Assembly (NCBI GenBank): GCA_963828255.1
Contig: CAWHDZ010000007.1
Coordinates: forward strand, 96,001 to 160,000
DNA: 64,000 bases
Direction of reading: 5' to 3'
From: an uncultured delta proteobacterium
GTDB taxonomy: Bacteria > Myxococcota > Myxococcia > Myxococcales > Anaeromyxobacteraceae
Part shown: positions 12,426 through 21,739 of the stretch, one piece after another
Layout of the letters: each line of letters begins with the position of its first letter
Numbering within the stretch: the stretch's first letter is position 1
The notes under the pieces: model-generated
What the model was told of the DNA's origin: nothing
What the model saw: only the letters and a program-made list of their open reading frames with translations
Database searches by the model: none
Made by a program: the position numbers and the translations under genes

Positions 12426-13514
12426 TCAGAGCCCCGGGTCGTCGCTCACGACCGGCGGGCTCGCCAGCCAGACCCGGAGCAGCGTCCAGGTCAGGCCGAG
12501 CAGCGTCGGTCCCACGAACACGCCGATGAATCCCCAGACGATGAGGCCGCCCATGGCGCCGAGGAAGATGACCGACATGGGAAGCCCCGTCCCGCGGCTG
12601 ATGACGTAGGGGCGGGCCACCGAGTCGATGACGTTGTTGGCGATGAAGCCCCAGACCAGCGTGAAGACCGCCGCGCCCGGACGGCCGGCGAAGAAGAGCC
12701 AGGCCCCGGCGCCGACGTAGACCAGGTGGATGCCGAGTTGCATGACGTCCATCACGAAGCTCGCCACCATGAGCATCGCGATGAGGGGGACGCCGGCGAG
12801 CCACAGGCCGATCCCCTCCACCAGGGCCAGCGCCGCGGCCGTGCCGATGATCCCCACCGACACGTAGCGGATGGTGAGGCCGGCCAGGTCGAGGAGGTGG
12901 ACGCCGTGTTGCCCGCCGACCCGGAGCGCCATCCGGTGCGCCAGCGCTCCCCCGCGCTCGCCGCCGGCGAGCATCGGCCAGGCCAGGACGGCGGCGAGCA
13001 CCACCTGCACGATGGTCCAGCCAGTGCCGACCGCCCTCATCACGCCCCACTGGGCCATCCGGGAGGTCTGCGACCCCGGTCCGCCGATCTGCGCCAGGAT
13101 GGCGTTCACGATCTCCTGCCAGGTGCCCTGGAGAAGGTGGCCCACGACCGGGATCTGGCGCATCCATTCGGGGGGCGCGGGAAGGGTCCAGGTCTCGGGC
13201 CGCGACACCACGTCCACGACGGATCGCAGGCCGGGCAGGAGCGCCACGGTGGCCAGCACGACCGGCGCGACGACGAGGACGAGCAGCACCGCCACCGAGA
13301 GGGTGGCCGCGACCGAGGGGTGTCCGCCCGTGCGAAGCAGGAACCAGCGGTGAAGCGGCCAGATGGTGACCGACATGAAGAGGGACCAGAGGAGGATGGT
13401 CCCGAAGGGGGCGAGGATGGTGAAGGCGGTGGCCAGCAGCGCCGCCACGACCGTCAGGGCCAGCCCGCGCTCGAAGAGTCCACGCCCTGCTTGGGGCGGC
13501 GCCAGATCGCTCAC
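12426..13514 (-). CDS. AI-2E family transporter
   Basis: Multi-TM; NNVIDSVARPYVISRG, GGLIVWGFIGVFVGP. Confidence 0.85.
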   Translation of the reverse strand: MSDLAPPQAGRGLFERGLALTVVAALLATAFTILAPFGTILLWSLFMSVTIWPLHRWFLLRTGGHPSVAATLSVAVLLVLVVAPVVLATVALLPGLRSVVDVVSRPETWTLPAPPEWMRQIPVVGHLLQGTWQEIVNAILAQIGGPGSQTSRMAQWGVMRAVGTGWTIVQVVLAAVLAWPMLAGGERGGALAHRMALRVGGQHGVHLLDLAGLTIRYVSVGIIGTAAALALVEGIGLWLAGVPLIAMLMVASFVMDVMQLGIHLVYVGAGAWLFFAGRPGAAVFTLVWGFIANNVIDSVARPYVISRGTGLPMSVIFLGAMGGLIVWGFIGVFVGPTLLGLTWTLLRVWLASPPVVSDDPGL

Positions 13515-13568
13515 CGCTACCCCATACCCTTCCGCGCACCACCGGAGCAACGGGGGTATGGTTTCCCC

Positions 13569-14819
13569 ATGGCCAGCCCACGCGACAAGACCGCCTACCT
13601 GGTGCGCCCTCCCACGGCCGTCCTCACCCGCGGCTTCGACCCGCGCCTCTCGGTGGGGTCGGCGCGACCGGCGGTCTTCCGGTCCTCCACCTACGTCTTC
13701 TCGAGCCCGGAGGCCGCCGAGCGGGCCTTCTCCATCGCGCTCGGGAAGTCGAGGCCGGCCGACGGGGAGAGCGTGGACCTCATCTACTCCCGCCTCTCCC
13801 ACCCCAATGCGGAGATCGCCGAGGATCACGTCGTGCCGCTGGAGAAGGGGGCCGAGGCCGCGGCCGTCTTCAACTCGGGCATGGCCGCCATCTCGACCGT
13901 CTTCTTCACCTTCTGCCAGCCGGGGACGAGCTTCGTCTACACGGTTCCGCTCTACGGCGGCACCCAGCACCTCATCCACCAGCTGCTCGAGCCCATGGGC
14001 ATGAAGGGGATCCCGGTGGCCGCCGGGGACGGGCCGGCCATCGCGAAGGCCATCGCGTCGGCGGGCAACCTCCGGCTCGTGCTCATCGAGTCGCCGGCCA
14101 ACCCGACGCTGGTCATGACCGACATCGCGGCCGCCTCCGCCGCGGCCCGGGAGCACCCCGACCGGCCGGTGGTGGCGGTGGACAACACCTTCATGGGCCC
14201 GACCTTCCAGCACCCGCTGGTGCTCGGCGCCGACCTCTCGGTCTACTCGGCCACCAAGTACCTGGGCGGCTTCAGCGACATGCTGGGCGGCGTGGTCATC
14301 GGCCGGGACCCGGAGCTGCTGGCCCGGCTGCGGGGCACGCGCGCCATCCTGGGGAACATCCTCCAGCCCGACGAGGCCTGGATGCTCGACGGGCGGCTCC
14401 CCACCGTGGGGCTGCGCATGAACCGGCAGTCGAAGAACGCGCAGCGCATCGCCGAGGCGCTGGTGGGTCACCCCAAGCTCCGCCGGGTGATCTACCCGTC
14501 CCTCTTCACCGACCCGGAGCAGGTCCGCATCCGCGACGCGCAGTGCAGCTACCCGGGCGGAATCTTCTCCATCCAGCTCGACGGGGGAAAGCGCGCCGCC
14601 TTCGAGTTCCTGCGCCGCCTGCGGATCGCCAAGAACGCGGTGAGCCTGGGCGGCGTGGAGACGCTGGTCTGCCACCCGGCCACCACCACCCACTCCGAGA
14701 TGTCGGAGGAGGAGCTGGCGCGCTACGGGGTGGGGGACGACCTGGTGCGCATCTCGGTGGGCATCGAGCACTGGCGCGACCTGCTGTCGGAGTTCCAGGC
14801 CGCCCTCGACGGAGCGTGA
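13569..14819 (+). CDS. PLP-dependent trans-sulfuration enzyme (methionine gamma-lyase / cystathionine gamma-synthase family)
   Basis: YSRLSHP, SGMAAI, ESPANPTL, VDNTF, SATKY, VSLGGVE. Confidence 0.9.
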   Translation: MASPRDKTAYLVRPPTAVLTRGFDPRLSVGSARPAVFRSSTYVFSSPEAAERAFSIALGKSRPADGESVDLIYSRLSHPNAEIAEDHVVPLEKGAEAAAVFNSGMAAISTVFFTFCQPGTSFVYTVPLYGGTQHLIHQLLEPMGMKGIPVAAGDGPAIAKAIASAGNLRLVLIESPANPTLVMTDIAAASAAAREHPDRPVVAVDNTFMGPTFQHPLVLGADLSVYSATKYLGGFSDMLGGVVIGRDPELLARLRGTRAILGNILQPDEAWMLDGRLPTVGLRMNRQSKNAQRIAEALVGHPKLRRVIYPSLFTDPEQVRIRDAQCSYPGGIFSIQLDGGKRAAFEFLRRLRIAKNAVSLGGVETLVCHPATTTHSEMSEEELARYGVGDDLVRISVGIEHWRDLLSEFQAALDGA

Positions 14820-14841
14820 AGGGCGGCCGGGGCGGCCTTGG

Positions 14842-15840
14842 TCAGCCGGCCACCGCGCGGGCCAGCTCGACGATGGAGAGGGGCGAGGACCCCTCGGCCT
14901 TGTTGTTGACGATGACGAGCCCCTCCTTCCCGGCCCGGACCGCCCGGCGCAGGAGATCGGCGACCGAGGTGCGGCTCTCCGGGTCGGGCGCGGCGAGCCG
15001 GTCGAAGGGGGCGTAGAGCTCCCTGGCCTCCTCGTAGCCGCGGCCGTGGCCGAGCATCCAGCGCACCACCAGCAGGGGCTGGGCCTCCACCGGCGTGGTG
15101 GCGGCCTGGACCTCGAGCGAGGGCATGGACGGGTGCACGGTGAATCCGTGGGCGGCGCCGGAGGCCGAGAGGGCCGCCGCGTAGCCGGGGTGCAGGAGTT
15201 CGCCGTCGCGGATCTCGACCGCGTAGCGGGGACCGCGCGGGAGCGCCGCCAGGAAGGCCGCCAGGCGCGCGGCGAAGCGGGGAGGGTCGCGGGTCTCCGC
15301 GCGGGGCAGGGGCGGGAACTGGAAGAGCAGTGTCCCCAGCCGGTCTCCCAGCCCCTCCACGGCGGGCGCCACCACCGCGTCGCGGGCGAAGGCGGCGTCG
15401 AGGAAGCGGGGGTTCACCCGGGGTGCGCCACGGCCCGGCCCCTCGCGCAGGGAGGGGAAGGTGCAGAGCTGCGAGGCCTTCACCAGGAAGCGGAAGCCGT
15501 CCGGGACCTGCGCGGCGTGGAGCGCGAAGCCTTCCGCGGGGAGGGGCGCGTAGAAGGTCCGGTCGATCCCGGCGGCGCGCAGGAGCGGGTGGCGCGCGTA
15601 GGCGGGGAGCCCGTCGCGCGAGAGGACCTCGGCGGGGTGGCGCCCGGCCCAGACCAGGCCGACCCATCCGGGGAAGGACCATGAGGAAGTCCCCATCCGG
15701 ATCGCGGCCGGAAGTCGTCCGGCCACGTCCATCACCTCGGGTGAAATGGGCGCCGTTTCCACGCGCGGTGCGGCAGGCGCGCCGAAGAGGTCCAGCTGCG
15801 ACTTCCCGTTGTCCGGTCCACGAGCACGGCGGCCGCGCAT
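14842..15840 (-). CDS. DUF72 domain protein
   Basis: GTSSWSFPGW, IDRTFY, LFQFPP, AVEIR, NNKAEG. Confidence 0.85.
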   Translation of the reverse strand: MRGRRARGPDNGKSQLDLFGAPAAPRVETAPISPEVMDVAGRLPAAIRMGTSSWSFPGWVGLVWAGRHPAEVLSRDGLPAYARHPLLRAAGIDRTFYAPLPAEGFALHAAQVPDGFRFLVKASQLCTFPSLREGPGRGAPRVNPRFLDAAFARDAVVAPAVEGLGDRLGTLLFQFPPLPRAETRDPPRFAARLAAFLAALPRGPRYAVEIRDGELLHPGYAAALSASGAAHGFTVHPSMPSLEVQAATTPVEAQPLLVVRWMLGHGRGYEEARELYAPFDRLAAPDPESRTSVADLLRRAVRAGKEGLVIVNNKAEGSSPLSIVELARAVAG

Positions 15841-16004
15841 GAACGGATTCTTAACAGAAGCGTGCCAGCACCGCCCCGTTCGGGCTGCAAATTCTGAAAT
15901 CACGTCCCGTGAAAGAGCGTCCACGTGGCCCGATCAGGGGACTATCCGTGGCTACGCACCGGAGGTAAACACAGGGCCACGACGGAACCGGAAAGGGGGG
16001 CACC

Positions 16005-16649
16005 GTGGGGGTCGAGGCGCTGGTGAGACGGAGCGTGCAGGCGTCGGCGGTGGCCCTGGGGGCCGCCATCGCGCTGATGCCGTCGTCCGTCGCCCACCAG
16101 CACGCGACGCGCTCGGCCCCGCCGCCCGCCATCCCCCGCCAGATCGACCCGCTGGCCATCCAGGTCCTGGAGCGCATGCCTTCACTGGAAGTGGAGGAGG
16201 CGTCCGACCTCGCGGCCGTGGTCCGCCGGGAGTCCGAGTCGGCCGGCCTCGACCCGGTCCTGGTGATGGCCGTCATCGGCGTCGAGTCCCGCTGGGAGCC
16301 CGGCGCGGTGTCGGAGCGGGGCGCCCGCGGGCTCATGCAGCTCCGGAGGCTGGCGCTGGAGACCGAGGAACGGCAGGCCGGCCTCCCGCCCGGGGACGTC
16401 CACGACCCGGTCCACAACGTCCGCATGGGGGTCCGCTACCTGGCCCGGATGGTCGAGTTCTTCGACGACGTGGACGTGGGGCTGGTGGCCTACAACGCGG
16501 GCCCGACCCGGGTCGCCTCCCACCTGAACGCGACCGACGAGATCCCCGCCTCCATGTGGGGCTACGCGCGAAAGGTCCGGCGCGAGGAGCGCAGGATCCG
16601 CCGCGAGATGCTGCGCGCCGAGTCGGTCGTCGCCAACGTCGTGCAGTAG
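16005..16649 (+). CDS. Lytic transglycosylase (SLT domain)
   Basis: AVIGVES, GARGLMQL, NVRMGVRYL, AYNAGP. Confidence 0.85.
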   Translation: MGVEALVRRSVQASAVALGAAIALMPSSVAHQHATRSAPPPAIPRQIDPLAIQVLERMPSLEVEEASDLAAVVRRESESAGLDPVLVMAVIGVESRWEPGAVSERGARGLMQLRRLALETEERQAGLPPGDVHDPVHNVRMGVRYLARMVEFFDDVDVGLVAYNAGPTRVASHLNATDEIPASMWGYARKVRREERRIRREMLRAESVVANVVQ

Positions 16650-16659
16650 ACTGCCCCGC

Positions 16660-17307
16660 ATGCCCAGACGACCCCCCGCCCGGCCATCCCCGGCCGGCTG
16701 GACGCGCGCCGAGCTCTCCGCGCTCCGCCCCCTCCGGACCCCGGGCCGCATCCAGGACTTCCTGGATGCGCTCGCCTACCGCGCCGAGGACGACCCCGGC
16801 TCCCCGCGCCGCGTCCTCCTGGAGCGGAGGGCCAACTGCTACGACGGCGCGCTCTTCGCGGCGGCCGCGCTGCGGCGCCTGGGCCACCGGCCGCTGCTCG
16901 TCGATCTGCAGGCGGTCCGGGACGACGACCACGTCCTGGCCGTCTTCCGGGAGCGGGGAGGCTGGGGCGCCGTGGCCAAGTCCAACTTCGCCGGGCTGCG
17001 CTTCCGCGAGCCCATCTTCCGCGACGTCCGCGAGCTGGCCGCGAGCTACTTCGAGGACTACTTCAACCTGCGCGGCGAGAAGACCCTGCGGAACTTCTCG
17101 GTTCCCTTCGACCTCTCCCGTCTCGACGGGCTCGAGTGGACGTTCCGTGACGAGCACCTCCGGGAGATTGCCGGCCGCCTCGACGGCTCCCGCCACCACC
17201 GGCTGCTCACGCCGGCGATGGAGCGGGCGCTGCGCCGGGTGGATGCGCGATCGCTCCAGTCCGGCATGGTGGGAACCGACCTGGCCGGCGTCCACCCCGG
17301 TCCCTGA
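16660..17307 (+). CDS. Transglutaminase-like hypothetical protein
   Basis: ANCYDGALFAA, DDDHVLAVF, WGAVAKSN (Cys-His pattern). Confidence 0.65.
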   Translation: MPRRPPARPSPAGWTRAELSALRPLRTPGRIQDFLDALAYRAEDDPGSPRRVLLERRANCYDGALFAAAALRRLGHRPLLVDLQAVRDDDHVLAVFRERGGWGAVAKSNFAGLRFREPIFRDVRELAASYFEDYFNLRGEKTLRNFSVPFDLSRLDGLEWTFRDEHLREIAGRLDGSRHHRLLTPAMERALRRVDARSLQSGMVGTDLAGVHPGP

Positions 17308-17319
17308 GCGGGGAGGCGC

Positions 17320-18195
17320 GTGCGCTTCACCACACCCCGGCTCTTCGCGGCCGCGACGGCCATCTGGGGCACCACCTGGATCGCCATCACCTTCCAGCTC
17401 GGGCGCGCCCCTCCCGAGGCCAGCGTGGCGCTCCGCTTCGCCATCGCCTCGGCGCTCCTCCTGGGCTTTTGCCGGCTGCGCGGCCACCCTCTGCGCTTCC
17501 CGGCCCGGGTTCACGCGCAGTTCGCCCTGCTGGGCCTCTTCATGTTCTGCCTCTCCTACCTGGCCGTGTACCGGGCCGAGACCTTCCTGGTCTCGGGGCT
17601 GGTGGCGCTGGGCTACTCGGCGAGCCCGCTCGTGAACGCGGCCATCTCGAGGGTGGTCTTCGGGACGCCGGCCACGCGCGGGGTGCTGGCCGGGGGGCTG
17701 CTCGGGGTGGCGGGGATCCTGCTCGTCTTCTGGCCGGAACTGCGGCGGGTCCGGGCCGACACGGGTGTGGCCGTCGGCGGGGTCCTGGTGGCCGGCGGCG
17801 TGCTCGCCTCGTCGGTGGGGAACGTCTTCGCCACCCGGCTCGATCGACTCGGGGTGAATGTCTGGCAGAAGATGGCCTGGGGAATGGCCTGGGGATCGGC
17901 GGGGAGCGCGCTGGCGGCGCTCTCCACCGGCGAGGGGATCCACTTCTCGCTGACGCCCTCCTACCTGGTCTCGCTCCTCTACCTGTCGGTCTTCGGCTCG
18001 ATCCTGGCCTTCGCCGCCTACCTCACGCTCCTCGAGCGGGTGGGCGCGGCCCGGGCCGGCTACGTGGGCGTCATGACCCCGGTGGTGGCGCTCGCCATCT
18101 CCGGGGTGGTGGAGGGCTTCTCCTGGGGACCGACCACGGTGGCCGGCATCGCCCTGGTGGTGGCCGGGAACCTGGTGGTCCTTCGGGTGCGGTAG
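17320..18195 (+). CDS. EamA/DMT family transporter
   Basis: IWGTTW, LRF, about 10 TM helices, YLSVFGS. Confidence 0.88.
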   Translation: MRFTTPRLFAAATAIWGTTWIAITFQLGRAPPEASVALRFAIASALLLGFCRLRGHPLRFPARVHAQFALLGLFMFCLSYLAVYRAETFLVSGLVALGYSASPLVNAAISRVVFGTPATRGVLAGGLLGVAGILLVFWPELRRVRADTGVAVGGVLVAGGVLASSVGNVFATRLDRLGVNVWQKMAWGMAWGSAGSALAALSTGEGIHFSLTPSYLVSLLYLSVFGSILAFAAYLTLLERVGAARAGYVGVMTPVVALAISGVVEGFSWGPTTVAGIALVVAGNLVVLRVR

Positions 18196-18268
18196 GAAGT
18201 TCGGCTTGAACGGCCCCGTCCTCCGCGACAGAAATGGGTGTTTCCCCATTTCCCTCCAGGAGAACACC

Positions 18269-18751
18269 ATGGATTCCGCGTCTTTCGCCGAAGTGCTCCG
18301 GAAGTTCCCGCTCGCGGTCAGCGTGGTCACTGTTGGCCGGGGAGGCGCGGAGAACGCCCTCACGGTCTCCTGGGCCACGCCGGCCTCCTTCGAGCCCCCC
18401 ATGTTCCTCGTCGCCGTGAACCGGCTCCACTACAGCCTGGACTTCGTGAAGAGCACCCGGAACTTCACGGTCAACGTGCTCGCCGAGGGACAGGAGAAGC
18501 TGGCCGGGCAGTTCGCGCGCCAGTCCATGCAGGGGGAGGACAAGCTGGCCGGTGTGCCCCACCGCGAGGCGCAGACCGGAGCGGCCATCCTCACCGACGC
18601 CGTCGCCTACTTCGACTGCGAGCTCGCCTTCTCGATGGAGGCCGGCGACCACCACCTCATCGTCGGCCGGGTCGTGGATGCGGGCGTCCTGCGCGACGCG
18701 ACGCCGCTCGTGGGCGGTGCGGCGCTCCGGTACCAGAAGTCGGGTCCCTGA
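18269..18751 (+). CDS. Flavin reductase family protein
   Basis: VSVVT, SFEPP, FTVNVL, GDHHLIVGRV; AGGAG SD. Confidence 0.88.
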   Translation: MDSASFAEVLRKFPLAVSVVTVGRGGAENALTVSWATPASFEPPMFLVAVNRLHYSLDFVKSTRNFTVNVLAEGQEKLAGQFARQSMQGEDKLAGVPHREAQTGAAILTDAVAYFDCELAFSMEAGDHHLIVGRVVDAGVLRDATPLVGGAALRYQKSGP

Positions 18752-18772
18752 CCGCGCTTCCGGGCCGACCGC

Positions 18773-19942
18773 CTACTGCGGGCCGGGAGGGGCCGAGGCG
18801 GCCTGCCTGGCGCCGTCGAAGGCGTCGAGCTCTGCGTCCATGTCGTCCACGATGCCCTGGACCGGCTTGAGCTCGCCGACCTGCTTTTCGGGAAGGCTGA
18901 CCAGGCTCTGGCCGGTGTAGTAGAGCCCGAGCACCTCGTCGCCCAGGGCCACGGCGCGGAGCAGCGCGTCGGAGATGCAGAAGCTCTCCTGGAAGTTGCT
19001 CGCCCGGCACTTGCAGAGGCTCTCGGCCAGGCACTCGATGCAGGCCTTCTTGCGCCCCATGTAGCCGGACGGGCCGAAGTACCAGGCCTTGGAGCGGGGC
19101 GGGAAGGTCTTTCCGGCCGCCAGCGCCTCGGTGAACTCGTTGCGCACGGCGCGCGCCTTCATGCCCTTCACGCAGCTCGTGATGATGGTGACGTCCTCGG
19201 CGTTCTTGCCGAGGTGGACCTGCTTGAAGGTGGGGTGGGCGTCGCCGTCGCTGGAGGCGATGAACCGGGTGGCGAGCTGCACCCCCGAGGCGCCCTGGGC
19301 GAGGTAGCGCCCCACGTCGGAGGCCTGGACCCCGCCGGCCGCGACGACCGGCAGCGAGGTGGCGGCGCAGACCTCCTCCACGAGGGTGGGGAGGGGGTGA
19401 TCGATGTCGCCGATGTGGCCGCCAGCCTCGGCGCCCTCGGCCACCACCCAGTCGGCGCCCCACTTCTCGTACATGGCGGCGAGGCGGCCGGAGGAGACGA
19501 TGCCCGCGAACGGGGTGCCGGCGTCGCGGCACCAGCGGAGGATGTCGCGGGAGATGCCGGCGCCCTGGACGATGAAGGAGACGCCCTCCTCGAGCGCGGT
19601 GCGGGCCGACAGCTCGAAGTCGGCCTTGTTGATGGCGGCCATGAGGTTCACGCCCACGAAGCCGCCCGGGGCGATGGCCTTGGCGCGCTGGATCTCGGCG
19701 CGCAGGTGCTCGGGGGTCTTGACCACCGCGGAGATGGTGCCCACGCCGACGAAGCGGCGGGAGTGGACCGCGGCGACCTTGCCGGCCAGGCCGTCGGAGG
19801 CGTGCACGCCCATCCCGCCCTGCACCAGGAGCCGCTTCCCGGACGCGACGATCGCGGCGATGGTGGTCCTGTCGAGCTTGGGAGCCTCGACACGGGACGT
19901 GGAGGGACTGGAGGCTTCGAGGTTCTCTGCGGACAGCGACAT
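18773..19942 (-). CDS. Nitronate monooxygenase-family flavin oxidoreductase
   Basis: VQGGMGV, EGAEAGGH, AAGG, GVQLATRF; Cys-rich C-terminus. Confidence 0.85.
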   Translation of the reverse strand: MSLSAENLEASSPSTSRVEAPKLDRTTIAAIVASGKRLLVQGGMGVHASDGLAGKVAAVHSRRFVGVGTISAVVKTPEHLRAEIQRAKAIAPGGFVGVNLMAAINKADFELSARTALEEGVSFIVQGAGISRDILRWCRDAGTPFAGIVSSGRLAAMYEKWGADWVVAEGAEAGGHIGDIDHPLPTLVEEVCAATSLPVVAAGGVQASDVGRYLAQGASGVQLATRFIASSDGDAHPTFKQVHLGKNAEDVTIITSCVKGMKARAVRNEFTEALAAGKTFPPRSKAWYFGPSGYMGRKKACIECLAESLCKCRASNFQESFCISDALLRAVALGDEVLGLYYTGQSLVSLPEKQVGELKPVQGIVDDMDAELDAFDGARQAASAPPGPQ

Positions 19943-20090
19943 GGGTGCTCCGGCGCGGGTGCGTTCGGGAAGGGTGCACCCTACACCGGGCGTGTCATGC
20001 GAATGTCACAGGGAGATGATGACGCAGGGCGGCAGGGTGGCGCGGTGCGGCGTAAATGGAAGATGATGGAATCCAGATGCCCCGATGACG

Positions 20091-20190
20091 CTACGTTTCG
20101 TACGGCCCCAGGAACCTCTCCCCGTTGAAGTGGATGAGGTGCGTTGGGGACTCAGCCACCCAGACCTCGGTTTCCCAGGAGATATCGTTG
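20091..20190 (-). pseudogene. C-terminal remnant of a BsuBI/PstI-family type II restriction endonuclease
   Basis: Translates [31 protein letters not shown], the characteristic family C-terminus; lower GC; no matching 5' part. Confidence 0.7.
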
Positions 20191-20516
20191 ATGATCCAGA
20201 TGAGGGAGTTCTGACGGCCTGACGAGAGCGTGACTGTACTGGCAGGGGGGCGCGAAACCACGCCACTCCCACCGTCCGTTCCGCGGACCCTGCGGCCAGT
20301 TGGGGCGTATGGGGAATGGCCTATTGACAGGGATTCCGTGAGATTTTCCTTCCGTGATGCGATGGTCACGGGGATGCCATTGTCGCTTCCCAGGAGCCCC
20401 GTCCACGGGACCGTTCGGGGTCTGGCGAGGTTCGAGATCTCCTCTCACGAGAATCCTGGGGAGCGCATTCTCGTGCGTTCCAGGAGACCCGAAAATCGCG
20501 TGAGACACTGCCTTTC

Positions 20517-21656
20517 ATGAACGACACCGATCTCGCCGCGGCCCGCACCTTCCACTCCCGACTCGTCGATCTCCTCCGCGCCGAGTTCGCATCCCTGGGC
20601 GCCTTCCTCGAGGCCCTGGCCGAGTTCGACCGGCGCAAGCTCTTCCGCGACCTCGGTCACGCCAACCTCTTCGCGTACCTCCACAAGGGCTTGAAGCTCT
20701 CCCGCGCGGCGGCTCATCACCGGCGCGCCGCCGCCTGGCTCGTCCAGAGATTTCCCGCGGTGCTGGAACCGATCCGGGACGGGAGATTGTGCTTCACCAC
20801 CGCGGCGGTGCTGGCCTCGGTGGCGACGGAGGAGAACCTGGCCTCGGTGCTTCCGCGATTCTACGGCCTGTCCAAGCAGGAGGCCCTGGAACTGGTGGCG
20901 GAGCTGAAGCCCCGGACGGTGGTGCCGACGAGGACGGTGGTCACCCGTGTGGAGACGGATCGGCCGGTGGGCCCGGTCGCAGAGGTGAACCAGACGGTTC
21001 CGGAAATTCGCCCAGGCGAACTTTGGATGCCCCGGACGGGGGTGGAGCGAACGGAGCCTGAGCGGACCGTCGTCGAGCCGATGACCGCCACGTCGAGCAG
21101 GATGCACGTCACGGTCTCGCGGGAGTTCCTGGCTCTCTTGAAGAAGGCGAAGGCGGGTGACTCGCACCGGAATCCAGGAGCGAGCGACGAGGAGGTCCTC
21201 ACCGCGGCGCTGGAACTGCTCATCGAGAAGCAGGCGAAGCGGAGGGCCTGCGTGCCGGCCAGGGTGAAGCGCGGGGTCGTGAAGCGGGACCAGGGGAAGT
21301 GCCAGTGGCATCTCGCCGATGGTGGGGTCTGCGGGGCGAATGTGCGGCTGGAGATCGACCACGTGGTGCCGCGCGGGAGGGGCGGACCCTCGACGGTCGG
21401 GAATTGCAGGATCCTCTGCAGGGCCCACAACATCGAAGCGGCGCGCCAGGTTTACGGCGACGCGCACATGGACCTGTTCACCCGTGGTGGATCACCGGGC
21501 GGCGGCCCGCTGGCGAGGGAGGACGTTGCGGCGTACGAGGCGGGTCCTCGACCGCCACGGCTCTGCCGATCACAGTCGGGCTTCGGGGCCTCCTCGGACT
21601 GGCGCGCGCCCGGGGGCGAAGGGCCATGGAAGGCGATGGTGGGCAAGTCAGACTGA
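20517..21656 (+). CDS. HNH endonuclease with helical N-terminal domain (DUF222-like myxobacterial type)
   Basis: RDQGKCQW...C...LEIDHVVPRGRGGPSTVGNCRILCRAHN. Confidence 0.85.
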   Translation: MNDTDLAAARTFHSRLVDLLRAEFASLGAFLEALAEFDRRKLFRDLGHANLFAYLHKGLKLSRAAAHHRRAAAWLVQRFPAVLEPIRDGRLCFTTAAVLASVATEENLASVLPRFYGLSKQEALELVAELKPRTVVPTRTVVTRVETDRPVGPVAEVNQTVPEIRPGELWMPRTGVERTEPERTVVEPMTATSSRMHVTVSREFLALLKKAKAGDSHRNPGASDEEVLTAALELLIEKQAKRRACVPARVKRGVVKRDQGKCQWHLADGGVCGANVRLEIDHVVPRGRGGPSTVGNCRILCRAHNIEAARQVYGDAHMDLFTRGGSPGGGPLAREDVAAYEAGPRPPRLCRSQSGFGASSDWRAPGGEGPWKAMVGKSD

Positions 21657-21739
21657 CGGCGAGCTGGCACTGCTACGGATGCCGACCAAGACGCAGGGCG
21701 GCAGCGTGGCGGGGCGTAAGTGGAAGGTTGCCGAAGAGG

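Noticed and set aside
15850..15868. TGGCAC upstream of the DUF72 gene as a sigma54 promoter
   Set aside because: No GC at the -12 position, and it is too close to the start.
15945..15985. CGTGGC...GCCACG hairpin before the transglycosylase as a riboswitch
   Set aside because: No recognisable aptamer consensus; short GC stems are expected by chance.
20517..21656. HNH protein as an IscB or Cas9-like nuclease
   Set aside because: No RuvC or PLMP motifs and no array visible.
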